From contig NC_057713.1 in NCBI RefSeq assembly GCF_004010195.1, positions 113,313,757 to 113,377,756 on the forward strand: a stretch of DNA of 64,000 nt, given 5' to 3'. Below, piece after piece: positions 27,341-40,049 of the stretch. The position numbers and the translations under genes were made by a program. The stretch is from Chiloscyllium plagiosum. Taxonomy: Eukaryota. The first letter of the stretch is position 1, and the number at the start of each line of letters is the position of its first letter. Under the pieces are notes generated by a model. It did not search any database and was not told the DNA's origin. It saw only the letters and a list, made by a program, of their open reading frames with translations.

Positions 27341-28209
27341 TTCCCATGTCTTGATTGCTTGCTTGGTTTTGCCACCTCCTGCTCTATAGCAAACTATGCA
27401 TTGACATGGGATACAGTTATCTTAGCTTAATATCTAGAACAATAGTGCCAGTGTTCCATTTTCTAACTTAAATCAATCTTCAAGGTCCTTGTTCACTGTA
27501 TTAAATGTTCAAAAGAAATAGCTTCATTTCCAAAATGGCTGAAGGAAGTTAAAGAAATTTTTAAAATAAGGCTTGGTGGATTTCTTTGCAGTTCAGAGTT
27601 GCAACAAAGGTTTGTTTTATGATTCACATATGAATGGTGTATGGAATGATCTTCTATTTATATTAAATGATCTAAAGACTTGAGTTACTTCTGAGAATAC
27701 TCTCTGACACAAGACTTGGAATGACCACCTCCAGCCATCCACCCAGCCACAGCATTCCTGAATCTTTAATATGACTTCAAACAATTCTTTCTTAGTTAAA
27801 AATACCTTATCATATACTTCAATAATAAATTGCACATTTAGTGGAGCCTGCATGTTCAGATGTTTACATATGTTATCATCTTTGCCCCTAACACAGGCTC
27901 TGGTTCATGACAGCAAGTGTGTAGACAACCTCTTGTGCATGTGTTGAAATTAGACCTGGCAGTTGCTCTCTAATTACTCCAATTGTCATATGCACATCCA
28001 GGGACAATGTGTAAAGAAGTTATTATTTGGCGTTTGACTGCAACTTCTTTAACAAATGCTGACAGTAAGCTTGTTTGAAAGCTTTGCCTAACATTAACTG
28101 AGCCCAAAGACCTGAAAATATTGTTGTTGACCATTATGCTCTGTTAACCATGATGATGAGGCTAGTTCTAGTCTTAAGAACCTACTCCAGTTGTCCAAAG
28201 TGTGTCCAA

Positions 28210-28550
28210 TGGGAGCCAGGGTGGCTCAGTGGTTAGCACTGCTGCCTCATGTGACCTGGGTTCGATTCCACCCTTGGGCAACTGTTTATGTGGAATTGAC
28301 ATGTTCTCCCTGTGTCTGTGTGGATTTCTTCTGGATACTCTGGTTTTCTCCCACAGTCCAAAGATGCACAGGTGAGGATAGCTTGGCCATGCTGAATTGT
28401 CCATAGTGTCCACGGATGTGCAAGCTAGGTGGATTAGCCATGGGAAATGCAGGAATAGAGTAGGGGGTTGGGGATGGGATGCTCTTTGGAGGATTGATGT
28501 TGACCTAATGGGCTGAATGACCTGCTTCCACAATGTAGGGATTCTATGAT
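28210..28550 (+). mobile_element. HE1 SINE
   Basis: gtggctcagtggttagcactgctgcctca head; tail gtagggattctatgat. Confidence 0.85.
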
Positions 28551-31239
28551 TTTATTCTAAAGTGCCTGCCTGTTTCAAATGGTTGATGTCTTCTAATATG
28601 CAAATTGGGATCCTATAACATAAATAAACCCTAATTGCCATGGTGGATTTGAACTGGTTAGATCATGTGACATACAGATACTGATATCCATTGGTGATAG
28701 AGTCGGAGAGGTTTATGAGTATAATTTTGGGACATCAGGGAGAAATGAATTCAGAAGTGAAAATCAACCCCTCAATTTCTAGGTTTGCATGCATTGAATG
28801 TCCACTTTTTGAGGCAGTGAAGAGTAACCATCTTCCTTAGAATAATATGAAGGACAATATCCCTTTCCTTGAGGTTTCAGGTGACTTGAGTCATCTGCAT
28901 TTTCACACAACCCAAAGATTTCCAGGTATCTTCTACTTCTGTAGCTGTCCCACTGTAAGTACAAGCCCATCAGAGGCAACATTCCTTGCCTCATTTTCCA
29001 ATCTGCACATATATCAGATACAGCACAGGACTGTCTAGAAATCATGGTGATAGAGTCTGACACAAAAAGCATACAACAGCTTGACTGCAGCATTCCCTGC
29101 GACATGCTGAAGTGTTTCAAGTAGAACTACTTCCAAGATTTTGCTTTAGTATTGATATGTCAAAGCAGGACAAAACTTTGACTTAAAGCATTGAAGGGAA
29201 AAGTGGCAAAAAAAGATAATTGTTGTGGGGACACAAGTATGTCTCAGCATGGAGTGCCTGACAAACTGGAGCTCTGGTTTTCAAATGTTGGCCTGTCGTA
29301 TCCTCATGAGAGTCCATCCAAGCATGTACTGACCCACTTTGGAGTGAACCCAGAAACAAAGGATTCTGAAAGCCAAAGAATTAGCCTATTATGTATTTTT
29401 CAAGTTACCGATTTTATATTTGAAGTAATTTAACAAAATGTGCCTGTATATTCAGAAGTAAGGGGTGTTTTGTCAGCAACTTCAATTACTTCTCAAATAC
29501 CTCTTTATAAATGGAAATACGTTCTTTTGGCCAATTCTAGATCAAACAACTAATGGACTTTCATGCTGGTAACCAGGAGCTCAAAGTAGAATGTCGCAAT
29601 TTAATGACACACACAGAACACGACTTGTCAACGGACATCTTCCTTTCAAAGTCCTATGATGTCTTCCCCAATTCCTTCTCATCCATTGTACACTTCTGTC
29701 ACACATCAGTAAACAGACCATCCTTAAGTAAAAATGTTATATTTCAAACATATTGAAAAGGGAACATGGACATACCCTTAAATAACACCACAATAGCTGG
29801 TATCCCATCACCAAGTCACCCTTTATTTATACATGGAATGTCCTTGACCCTGATCTAGCCTCCCCAGAGCCAGTTCAGTTAATACATTTTTTTTTTGCAA
29901 CTTGCATTAACTTGATTATCCTGCTTTCTATAATCAGAATTTTCTAATCCAGAAGATAACTCTAGGAGAAAGACAATTAAAATGTAAATGTATCAAAAAT
30001 ATGTTTTTTTAATATCCACAGTCAGTACATTTAAATAGCTTTTGTGTAAAGCTATAAAAGTGTCCAGGAGGACCATTAGTGAGTGCTTTGATAATACGAT
30101 TGGATATCTCACTCCAGTTATTTTCCACTCTGTATCAAACCCAAACATTATCTCTGTGGCTAGTCCTGAGCCAATTCTTAGATCTTTGATAGAAAGTAGA
30201 AGCCACTTTTCAGAAAAGCTTAAGTCAAACATAAAAGTTGCCATGGACAAAAGGAAAATATTTACATCTCAAAACATGTTGTCGAGTATAACTGGATCCA
30301 GACAGCTAGCATCCAATAAGAGTGGAACATGCGTAAGCTCGGGGAATTGCATGTGGAGGATCATTTAAGATATATCTGTTTATCTCTTCAACTTTTAAAA
30401 AGTAATTTTCTCAAGAAAGCGGGCTTTGTCCTGTGGGCCAAAAGTACATATTCTGGAACTAGAAGGATAGATATTTGTTTGTAATTGAATTAGTAGGCAT
30501 CCAATATTGGACCAGTTACATTACACAGGAAAACCACAGACACTGACTAGGCATCCCCAGGTAGTTCATTGGTGAGGAGGCTTCTAATAGGTCACATCAG
30601 GGTAACCAAAGCTGTTGGGCTGCTTACTTGTACATGTACAGGGCCTTCATCCAGTTTCAGACATCGCTGCCATATGCCCATTGTTTGTCTACACAAATGC
30701 AGCAGGTTAAATATTTTCAGTTTGTAATTGCTCTCCTCTTATGGAAACTTTAACTCGTCTAAAACTCTGCTAATTGGGTTCTCTCCTGCATTAAACCCTG
30801 TTCATCCTTTGCACTTGTTCTTGCTGATCTGCAATCCCTATCTGTTTCACAATGGAATTTAAATTTGTATCCTCACTTAAAAATTCCCTGTAGACTCACG
30901 CCACCTCATTTCTGCAAATTTGCCAAACTACAAACTTCCTTTATGTATCCACCTCAACTATTCTTCACTTGTTGCCATTATCTTGCCTTCACTTGCTGCA
31001 ATGCCCTCACTGAATCTTTGTCAGTGTACTGTAGCTACGTCTTTATTAACTTTGCAGATATTTTTCATTCAAACTGTCTGTCTCATCCCATGAGATATTC
31101 TCTCATGCACTTTCATAGTACTTTTAGGAATGTAATAAAAATTCATGTTAATACAGCATATTGCAATACATTTGTTTCATACTGGATCCCTGAAATTGAT
31201 TTTTACAGAGATTTTGTAAAACTTGAGTAATTACCTATC

Positions 31240-31640
31240 TGTGTCATACTCCTGCCTCTGAATCTAAAAAAAAAATGTGGGTTGAAAGATCATTCTAACA
31301 GCTGACATGTCTTCTAGGCTGACACCTCATCTGTAGGAACTGGTGATGTAAGTTTAAATTAGGACATTTTCTGCTTATTATGTGAACATAAAAAAGACCC
31401 ATGAACATTATTTGAAGAAGTGCAAAAAGTTCCCTTTACCTTTAATTGTCCTTCAATTAATAACCACCAAAATAGGTTAACTTTTCATTCACTCACTTGC
31501 ATTTCTTGATGCTTGTTGTGTATAAATTGGTTGCCATATTGGCCAATGTAACTTTCACTTGCTGCAATGCTGAGATGTTATATTACAAACTGAATTTATT
31601 TAATTGAAGTACTTTTGAATGTCTTTACAGATGTGAAAAC
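31240..31640 (+). mobile_element. Degraded Deu-domain SINE (SacSINE1-like)
   Basis: aaagacccatgaacattatttgaagaag...aaattggttgcc resembles the DeuSINE central domain. Confidence 0.5.
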
Positions 31641-34209
31641 AGTTTTTTTCCTTCTTTTTGAAACAGCCAAAACAAAAGGAAGATGAAGGTATTACTCTGT
31701 AGATTCTTGGGGCTGGTGCTAAGTATCTGGAGATGTGGGGTTGATGCTGGAAGTGCAGGTATGAGGAGGGAGGGAGAGATCAGCAACTTGTCGATATCAG
31801 CAGGTTTTAGCAGATGATTAGCTTAAGTTACTGAGGGACGAATCTTTGTTCTTCCTAGCTCACTTGTGCTACTCTAAACAACATTTACTTAATGCAGCTG
31901 GCAGCTTTCTCTTCCTATAGCTGCTAGATCTTCAGAGCCTTGGGAAACCTGACTGCACAGTGACAAACTAAAATTGCTGCTAAAATTTGAATAATAAGTC
32001 TCAGTAACATATTATAATCACAGATATCCTTATACAGAGAAGGGAGCTTCACAAATCCATCGCTGTTAAATCAGAAAAAAGTTCCTTTGCAATGATTTGT
32101 CTCAAGTTTCACATCTTTTATTGAATTAATTCCTCTCTCTTACCCAGCATATACCCTTTATGTCTGTACCTATTTGTAACGGTTCAGAAAATGCTGGAAA
32201 CACACAGCAGACCAGTTAGCATTTGTGAAAAGAGCAGACAGGTAAGCATTTTGAGTCAGACTTCTTGAAAGTGAAAAGTGAAAGATGATTAAGATTTCAA
32301 AACCATTCAGCGTCAGAAAATAAAAACCAGAGGTGAAAGGGACAGAGATAGTTGATATGCCAAGGACAAGAAATATTAGTTGAATGGTTTGGAGTTAACA
32401 TAACAGAATGTGATGTAAAAGTTTCACTCTAATTATAGAAATAAGCCTTAACAAACTTAAAAATATGTGAAAGAAATAAAAAGCAAGAGTTGCTAAAGCA
32501 GTGAAAGGTACCAATAAAGTTGAGATAGTGTGAGAGATTGAATTTGGAAAAGCCTGCAGTGAAACAGAAAATGCTGAAAATAACACAGTGAGTTAGTCCC
32601 AAAGTGAAAGAAGCAAAATTAATCCAACACTGCAAGCACAAAGCCACCTCTTCTTCCTCCAGCTCTGCACAGCTTTTACCAAAATGTCACCATCCAAGTA
32701 ACTTGCCTTCTCTCAGTAATGACCTGAGCATGAAGTTAATTCAGCTTTCTTCTGTCTACCAAATTTTGAAATACACCCATGGAGCATGTGCTGTAAGGGT
32801 TTCATGTCCACAAATAAAGTTGCTTGTCAATGTATATGAATAGGATGATTCTTAGAGGAATTATATTCAATTCAATCTAGTGTGACATTGCTTGGGGTGT
32901 GAAGAAGCCCAATTTTCCTAGGGACTAACCTAGTTGTTCTTTTTATGGGTATTAGTGCAAAAGATTAATCTGTCACTTCTCTGAGAAATTGTATTCACAT
33001 TTGGGTTAACATCTTTGAATCAAATGAATAGTGAAGTTAGAGAACTTCACAGGAGGGAGCCAAGAAGTGGGAAACTAAACAATAATTTTAAAATGAAGTA
33101 GCACTTACTGTAGTTGCTCTCCCATGACGTCTTTGACTACAATAGCTGAGCGGTGCAGGATGGAAATATTGCAAGGCTGTTCAGAAGTAGCTGGTGTAAT
33201 CCAAAACTGTCAGAGTGCATATCACTATAGACCTCCCAAGTTTAGTTTAATTAGAGAGGGAAATATCAACTCCTGACTGCCACTTTGTCACTGTGAAGTG
33301 GACAGGGTGGAATGTGCAGCAAGTCAGCGTCACTGTAAAGCAGACTGGAACAAAACTGAATAAAACTTAGCTTAAAAATATACTGTTAGAAGTAGCATAA
33401 TGAACTGAACTATGATTAGCAACCTGCACTCTGGAATAAGCAACCATAACATTTATCAGTTGATATGCTCAGAACATTTTCTTCAAATGTTCCTGTATCG
33501 GGGTGGAAGAGAAAACTGCAAAAGCATTGTAATGAGGTGTTGGATATTTCACAGCATTATGTTTTTAAGTGGTATACAATTTAAACCAAGTCCCTTTCTT
33601 AATGTTATTTACTCAGGCAAATGACACAGGGCATTTGCTGTAATACAATTTAAAAAATGCATTTTTAGTCCAGGTTCCACAATAATCTTATTGGACTTCA
33701 GAATTCCTGAATCTGATAGCAGTGTTAAAGATGGATATTGCTGTTTAGATTCCAGTTATTGAGAATTATAGTTAATACTGATTAGCTACTGAATAAAATA
33801 CAATTTCTAAGCTTTTCCTTTAATGGATTTGTGATGATAAATTGTAATGTGTTGAACAGCTCAGTTTTGCAAACTGCATTATTATGCATTAAACGACAAA
33901 GATTGCTTAATTACTGCAGGAGGTTTATAAATGGATGAGGAGATTCCAAAGCTTACAGAACATACAAAATGTTCTACTTTCTTCTTATTTCAACCTGTAG
34001 AACTGAAATTTCCTGTGAAATGTTGAATTGATACTGAGAAAGAGGTCAATGATAATCCCTTTTCAAGTAAGATTTTAGGCTTTTGCACTGGATTTGGATC
34101 CTTTATCAGTCCAAAGCCTGTGCAAAACTGAAGCACCATACTGTTACTAGACCACTATGCCACCAGATTATGTGCTTGAATCTGAGGACAATTTAATGGA
34201 CCAAATTGC

Positions 34210-34760
34210 ACATGGCCTGTTATGGGAAGGATATTATTAAGCTAGACAGGGTTCAGAAGAGATTTACCAGGATGCTGCTGGGAATGGAGAGTTTGAGTTG
34301 TAAGGAGACGCTGGAAAGGCCAGGACTTTTTTCTCTGGAGCATAGAAGGTTGAGGGGTAAAATTATAGAGGTTTATAAAATCATGAGGGACATAGATAAA
34401 TTGTAGTGTGTTGAACAGCTCAATTTTGCAAGCTGCATCATTCTGCATTAAATAGGTGACTTTTCCCTAGATGGGGGATTTCAAGACTAGGGGTATATTT
34501 TTAAGGTCAGAGGAGAAAGATTTAAAAAAGAATGAAGGGCAACTTTTTAACACAGGGAGTGGTTCATGTGTTGAATAAACTTCCAGAGCAGTATGGGTTG
34601 CAACATTTAAAAACATTTAGATAAGTACATGAATAAGAAATGTTTGGAACAATATGGGCCAAATGCAGGCAGGTGGGACTAGTTTAGTTTAAGAAAATGG
34701 TTGGCATGGATTGATGGACCAAAGGGTCTGTTTCTGTGCTGTTTAACTCTGTTACTCTAA
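34210..34760 (+). mobile_element. CR1/HER1 3' fragment
   Basis: KLDRVQKRFTRMLLG...LFSLEHRRLRG; CR1 tail. Confidence 0.8.
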
Positions 34761-35809
34761 TCTTAATCTTGAACTGAATGCTATGCTGATTCAATTAAAA
34801 TATTCTTACTCCTTTGCTTGAGATAGTTCAAGTTTTTTTTTTAAGTACTTTCTTTGTACTGCTTCCCTCAGTCAACATATTATAAATGCACACAAAGTGT
34901 TGGAAATAAATGTCACTAAACACTTTCTGGTAACAAAGCCTTTGTTCAGTCAATCACTGTTGGGGGATGGGGAAGTGGAGAAATAAGCATTTTAGGTTTC
35001 CTGCAAGAAGTGCATGTGAATAGTTTTAGATATGGACATATAATGGTATAATTGGACAGTATAATCGTGTGTTATTTTGAATAGGATTGAATAATATACT
35101 TGTATGTACAAACTTGGCATGCCAATTATAGACTCAGGATTGAGAAGTCATAGGAATGAGTGTGTGACCCTTTGGTTGGAAATTATTATCTGTATTAAGG
35201 ATCGATTGGAAGCTTATTTTCTGTAGCAATGGTGTAAACCTTTGTTTGTGTAATAAAATCTGAGTTGTATGCCATTTTCTTGATGTGTACATCTCCCTTG
35301 CATGAAGAAACCTGAGTCTTGTCTGGTTTAAGAGGAAATAAAGGGTTAATATTCACTCTTTCAGTGTCATTATGCTTTTGTTATTATTATGGTGGACCGT
35401 TATAAAGTAGTTTTATGAAGGAACAGAAAACTCACTCATCATTCTCCCATATAAATATTTTTCTGATAATGTGCATGTTTAGGTGCATATGGAAAATCCA
35501 GAGTTATTGTACTAACTTAATAAATCACCATTATCATTTCTTCCACTTTTTTAGAATTGTTTACACACTCTCAGTTGTCATAATTCATTATGTCCAATAG
35601 AAAATATAGCTGTGAATTACTTTCTCCAGAGGACAATGTAGGTGGCATTATTGAATGTGTTCAAGGCTGAGCTAGATAGAGTTTTGAATAGAAAGATTAT
35701 GGGAAAAAGCCAATAAAAGGGACTTGAGCCATTATCTTATCAAATGATGGAGAAGCTCAAGGTCTAAATGAATTACCACAGCTCCTGATTCTTGTGTCGT
35801 GGGAAATGG

Positions 35810-36155
35810 AACCATACTGGTAAGATCACTGAACTAGAAATCCAGAATCCCATGCTAATGTTCTGGAGATATGGTTTGAATTTCGTCATGAGAGACAGCG
35901 AAATAATAATTCAATAAAAAGACTAGCTTAATGGCAACCGTATGACCACTGTCAATTTTCAGGAAAAACAGACCATTTAAGTCATGAATGTCCTTTAAGG
36001 AAGGAAATCTGCCATCCTTCCCCAGTATCACCACATGTGACTCCAGACTTCAATGTGGTTGAATTTTAATTGCTGTCTAGGCAGTTGGGAAAAGGCAATA
36101 AACACTGGCCTAGCCAGCAACACATACATCCCATGAGCACATTATAAGAAAAAAA
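35810..36155 (+). mobile_element. tRNA-derived SINE sharing its 3' tail with the LINE at 37257 (second copy ~59880-60062)
   Basis: Body gaaggaaatctgccatcctt; tail gcaataaa(c/t)actggcctagccagc...acatcccatga...A-rich. Confidence 0.6.
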
Positions 36156-37256
36156 GTCAGTGTAGGTTTTTAACTGGTATTAGTTTCAGTAAGTAACTAA
36201 GACAACAGCCACATATTTATTACACAAATGTATTCACTGCTAGACTAAAGTCTCACCATCTAAGGAATTGTCCTATGCCCTTGGAACAAAGATACTAATT
36301 CCCTCCAATACAATCTGCATATATACCGATTCAGAAATATTTTGAATTCAGAATTTTTAACCTACCCAGTTAATTTGTACTGTTATCAGCATTATATCAA
36401 ATTCCAGCAATGCATGACTTTTTAAAAAAATAAAATTGAATTAAAAGGATTAATCAGAATCTAAAAACAATATTTATTAAATGTTAAAGAAAATCAGGAG
36501 GTGAACTCCACTGATGTTCAGTTAGTATTCACTCAAACATACCAAGAAGATTTTGCATTTCATCTATGTTGACTTAACTGAAGTGTTTGCTCAGTATTAC
36601 AATAAAACTACAGTCAAAATAACATGCTCAAATCTGCATTAAAGCTTGAGTTCCCAAACTGCTGACTTACCAGTATGTGCGCAGTAACTGAACTAAACTA
36701 CAAATAATTTTCTATATTTTAGTTCATTCCGAAGTAGTATCAGGTAGTATTTTCGGAATTATTTCTTTTTAAAGCAAGCTGTATTCTGTCAGTCTCCAAC
36801 AGTACTGAAAAATGAACGACAGAAACTAGACTTTGCTGCCCGCTCCTGAAAGCAGACACGGTTCCGAAGTTCCTGAAGAAGTCGCATTGAACTCAAAGCT
36901 TGAACTCTGTTTCTCTCTGTACAGATGCTGCCAGACCTTCTGAGTTTCTCCAGTATTCAGACTAACATATCCCATTGTGTCTGGGAGGCTCCCTGGAGCC
37001 TTCCAACCTTAAATATCCATGAGCCACCAGCTTGTGCGACAAGGATAGTATGGGAGTGACAGAAAGAAAATCAGTGTTGGAATCGAACTCTGCAGTGTGT
37101 TTAACTGAGTTGTTGCATTCTCTTTCTTTCTGTAACTATGCAATATCGCAAAAATAATGCACTGACGTTCTTTAATTTGAACTTCCTTATGAGTTACAAT
37201 GTGGTTACAGTGTACTGGAGCATATATTCATAAAGCACAATATGGTCACATTATTA

Positions 37257-37826
37257 TCATCTATGGTAGGAATAGTGTGACGAGTAACTCACCTCCTGAC
37301 TCCTCAATGCCTGGCCATTATCTACAAGGCACAAGTTAGGGATATGACGGAATATTCCCCACTTGCGTAGATGGGTGCAACTCCAACAACACTCAAGAAG
37401 CTTGACACCAATCAGGACAAAGCAGTCCATTTGATCAGCACCACATCCACGAACATCCACTGATGCTCAGTAGCAGCAATGTGTACTACCTATAAGATGC
37501 ACTGCAGGAATTCACCAAAGATCCTCAGACAACACCTTCCACCCCCATGACCACTTCCATCTAGAAGAACAGATTTACGGGACCACCATCACCTTCAAGT
37601 TCTCCTCCAAGACAATCACTATCCTGACTTGGAAATATATTGCTGTTTCTTCACTGTCACTGGGTCAAAATCCTGGAATTCCCTCCCTAACAGCATTATG
37701 GGTGGACTGCAGCAGTTCAAGAATGCAGCTCACCCCCACCTTCTCAAGGGTAACAAGGGATGGGCAATAAATGCTGGCCCAGCCAGTGAGGCCAGCATCT
37801 CACAAATGGATAAAGTGAAAAAAAAA
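37257..37826 (+). mobile_element. CR1/L2-group LINE 3' fragment (second LINE family)
   Basis: Translation IYKAQVRDMTEYSPLA*MGATPTTLKKLDTNQDKA; tail gggcaataaatgctggcccagcc followed by an A-run. Confidence 0.7.
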
Positions 37827-38016
37827 CAAAAATCAGAAAGTGCTGGAGAAACTCAGCAGGTTCAGTGGGATCTGTAGAGAGAAAGCAGAGTTCACATTTC
37901 AGGTCCTTTCTTCAGAATGGTCACATTATTAAGTTTTCCTCATGTTGTTGTTTGACCCAGACAATACATCATGATATTTTAAGTGTGAAGCACTTTGCAA
38001 ATTCAGGCCATTAACC

Positions 38017-38241
38017 CTAGAATCGATCAGTTTGCTCTCTGCAGTTCCTGGAACTGAGCAACTCCGGCTCTCCTTCCTTGTCTGGTTGCCTGGAAGTTTG
38101 AATTTCAGGATCCCGAAGCTCTGAAGGAGACTCACTGCGCATATTTCTGCAGAATTCCTGTTCATTCCTGAGCTTCTGGATTTCCCTGTTTAACTCCAAC
38201 AAGGTTTTAGCGAGCTCCCGATCCTGGGATCGCATCTCCAA
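38017..38241 (-). CDS. AARD: Coding exon 2 of AARD/FAM167-family gene (74 codons + TAG)
   Basis: Polypyrimidine acceptor cttcttttgatttgccttgcAG|TTG at 38242/38241. LEMRSQDRELAKTLLELNREIQKLRNE matches the FAM167 coiled-coil motif (AARD: VEMHFQNHQLARTLLDLNMKVQQLKKE). In frame with exon 1; intron 38242-41793 is 3552 bp. Confidence 0.85.
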   Translation of the reverse strand: MEMRSQDRELAKTLLELNREIQKLRNEQEFCRNMRSESPSELRDPEIQTSRQPDKEGEPELLSSRNCREQTDRF

Positions 38242-38608
38242 CTGCAAGGCAAATCAAAAGAAGTGAGACCGCCTCTTCTGCCAATGTCCCCGTTCAGATC
38301 TGTTGTTATTGAAAAGCTTCGACTCCACCTTGGGGAAGAATCACACACTAAACCCACTCCGTGTTTCCCTTTCCTATGGATCTCGCTTGAAAAAAACCAC
38401 GACATTCCCCTCCCCCCCGCTCACATTCACTCGATCATTAACATCCGTCAACAGTGACGACATCTGCACAAAGTTAAAAATCAGACAACACCAGGTTATA
38501 GTCAACTAGGTAAAAACAATGACTGCAGATGCTGGAAACCAGATTCTGGACGAGAGTGGTGCTGGAAGAGCACAGCAGGTCAGGCAGCATCCAAGGAGCT
38601 CCGAAATC

Positions 38609-38636
38609 GACGTTTCGGGCAAAAGCCCTTCATCAG
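38609..38636 (-). ncRNA. Minimal hammerhead core (family A') on the AARD sense strand
   Basis: CUGAUGA-A-GGGC(UUUU)GCCC-GAAAC-GUC. Confidence 0.65.
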
Positions 38637-39250
38637 GTCTTGTTCATCTTCAGACAGTCCCCGAGGTTCTGCAGAGTGCTCGCAAGTAGAGGAGAAACTG
38701 CCCACTCCTGGGGTGTGCCATCAACATGTGCCCATTCATTCCAGGAACAATATCCTCATTTCATTTACACATCAAAGGAATCCACTGAATTGCACTCCGT
38801 TGAGCTCCTCTCGGCTGACTTTTATATATTTTATTAAACAGCTCACAGTTTACAAAACAATTAACATTTACATCTGTATACAGGGAAACAACAACTTTAC
38901 TAGGGAGAAGAATGGCAAAGTCAAGCCCCAAACCCTGACATTCAACCAGTTTTCAGGGAAATGAGGACAAACCTCAAATCCCAGTTCCAATCATTACAAA
39001 CAGTAACAATGACATTTGTAGAAACAAGACAGTCCAATTACGTAAGAAACAGTGCATACAATACAGACCCCCAGAAAACCCAGCAATCCCCTCCCACCTT
39101 CAGCTGGCATTTAATAAGGTCTTCTCTCAGCTGTTCCCATAGTGCTGTGATTTGTTGTGATTTGGAGAAGCCGGTGTTGGACTGGGGTGTACAAAGTTAA
39201 AAATCATACAACACCAGGTTATGGTCCAACAGGTTTAATTGGAAGCACAC

Positions 39251-39279
39251 TAGCTTTCAGAGCAGCGCTCCTTCATCAG
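39251..39279 (-). ncRNA. Minimal hammerhead core (family B) on the AARD sense strand
   Basis: CUGAUGA-A-GGAGC(GCU)GCUCU-GAAA-GCUA. Confidence 0.6.
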
Positions 39280-39882
39280 ATGATAGTGATATAACCTGGT
39301 GTTGTGTGATTTTTAATTGTTGTTTGTTAACTGTTACTACACTGTATAGAAGTTCTGTTGCTTTGGTCTTCCCCGGGGAATTATTTCACTGAAGTAACCC
39401 CAGAGCCCCTGGTCCAGATGTACCTCTGCCTGAGGCAGATCTGGCTTCCACGAGAGCGAGTGGTTTCATTGCCCGGACCCCTTCCTACCAGCTTCTCTCC
39501 GGCCATCCTGTTCTGAGGGATCACTAATCATAGAAGCAGCGCTGAGCTGGATCCCTTTCCACCTTCGTCCCGGGATTGAAATTCCTTTTGGCAGGCATGT
39601 AGGATAGGTGACCCTGCCAGTCCTAAACACAGTGCTTAATATTACACTGTAAATGTAATTAAACATCAGGCGTTTAGCACCCAGGCAGCACCAGATAAGA
39701 CCTCATCTGTTCTGCACAACCACCCAAGCCATGTTTTAAAATATTCTTTTCATGGGATGTGGGTGTAGATGCCCGAAACGTCGATTTCAAAGCTCCTAGG
39801 ATGCTGCCTGAACTGCTGTGCTCTTCCAGCACCACTAATCCTCAACACCAGGTTATAGTCCAACAGGTTTATTTGGAAGCAC

Positions 39883-39911
39883 TAGCTTTCAAAGCGCTGC
39901 TCCTTCATCAG
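39883..39911 (-). ncRNA. Minimal hammerhead core (family B) on the AARD sense strand
   Basis: CUGAUGA-A-GGAGC(AGC)GCUUU-GAAA-GCUA; stem II has two G-U pairs. Confidence 0.55.
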
Positions 39912-40049
39912 GTGGTTGCTAGTGCTTCCAATTAAACCTGTTGGACTATAACCTGGTGTTGTCTGATTTTTAACTTTGTACACCTCAGTCCAACACCGGC
40001 GTCTCCAAATCATGACTACGTTTGCAAATTCCCCCAAATCATTGGGTAC

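Larger units (their letters stand above)
38507..39842. mobile_element. Composite PLE: inverted family-A' pseudo-LTR arms enclosing a ~1.13 kb copy of 42613-44046
   Basis: Arms at 38507-38637 and 39769-39842; cargo 38636-39771; 18-bp direct repeat CAACACCAGGTTATAGTC at 38486-38503 and 39843-39860. Confidence 0.85.
38467..40016. mobile_element. Family-B mini-PLE (38467-38503 + 39843-40016) interrupted by the composite element
   Basis: The family-B sequence acaaagttaaaaatcagacaacaccaggttatagtc resumes at 39843 and is followed by its inverted arm. Confidence 0.75.
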
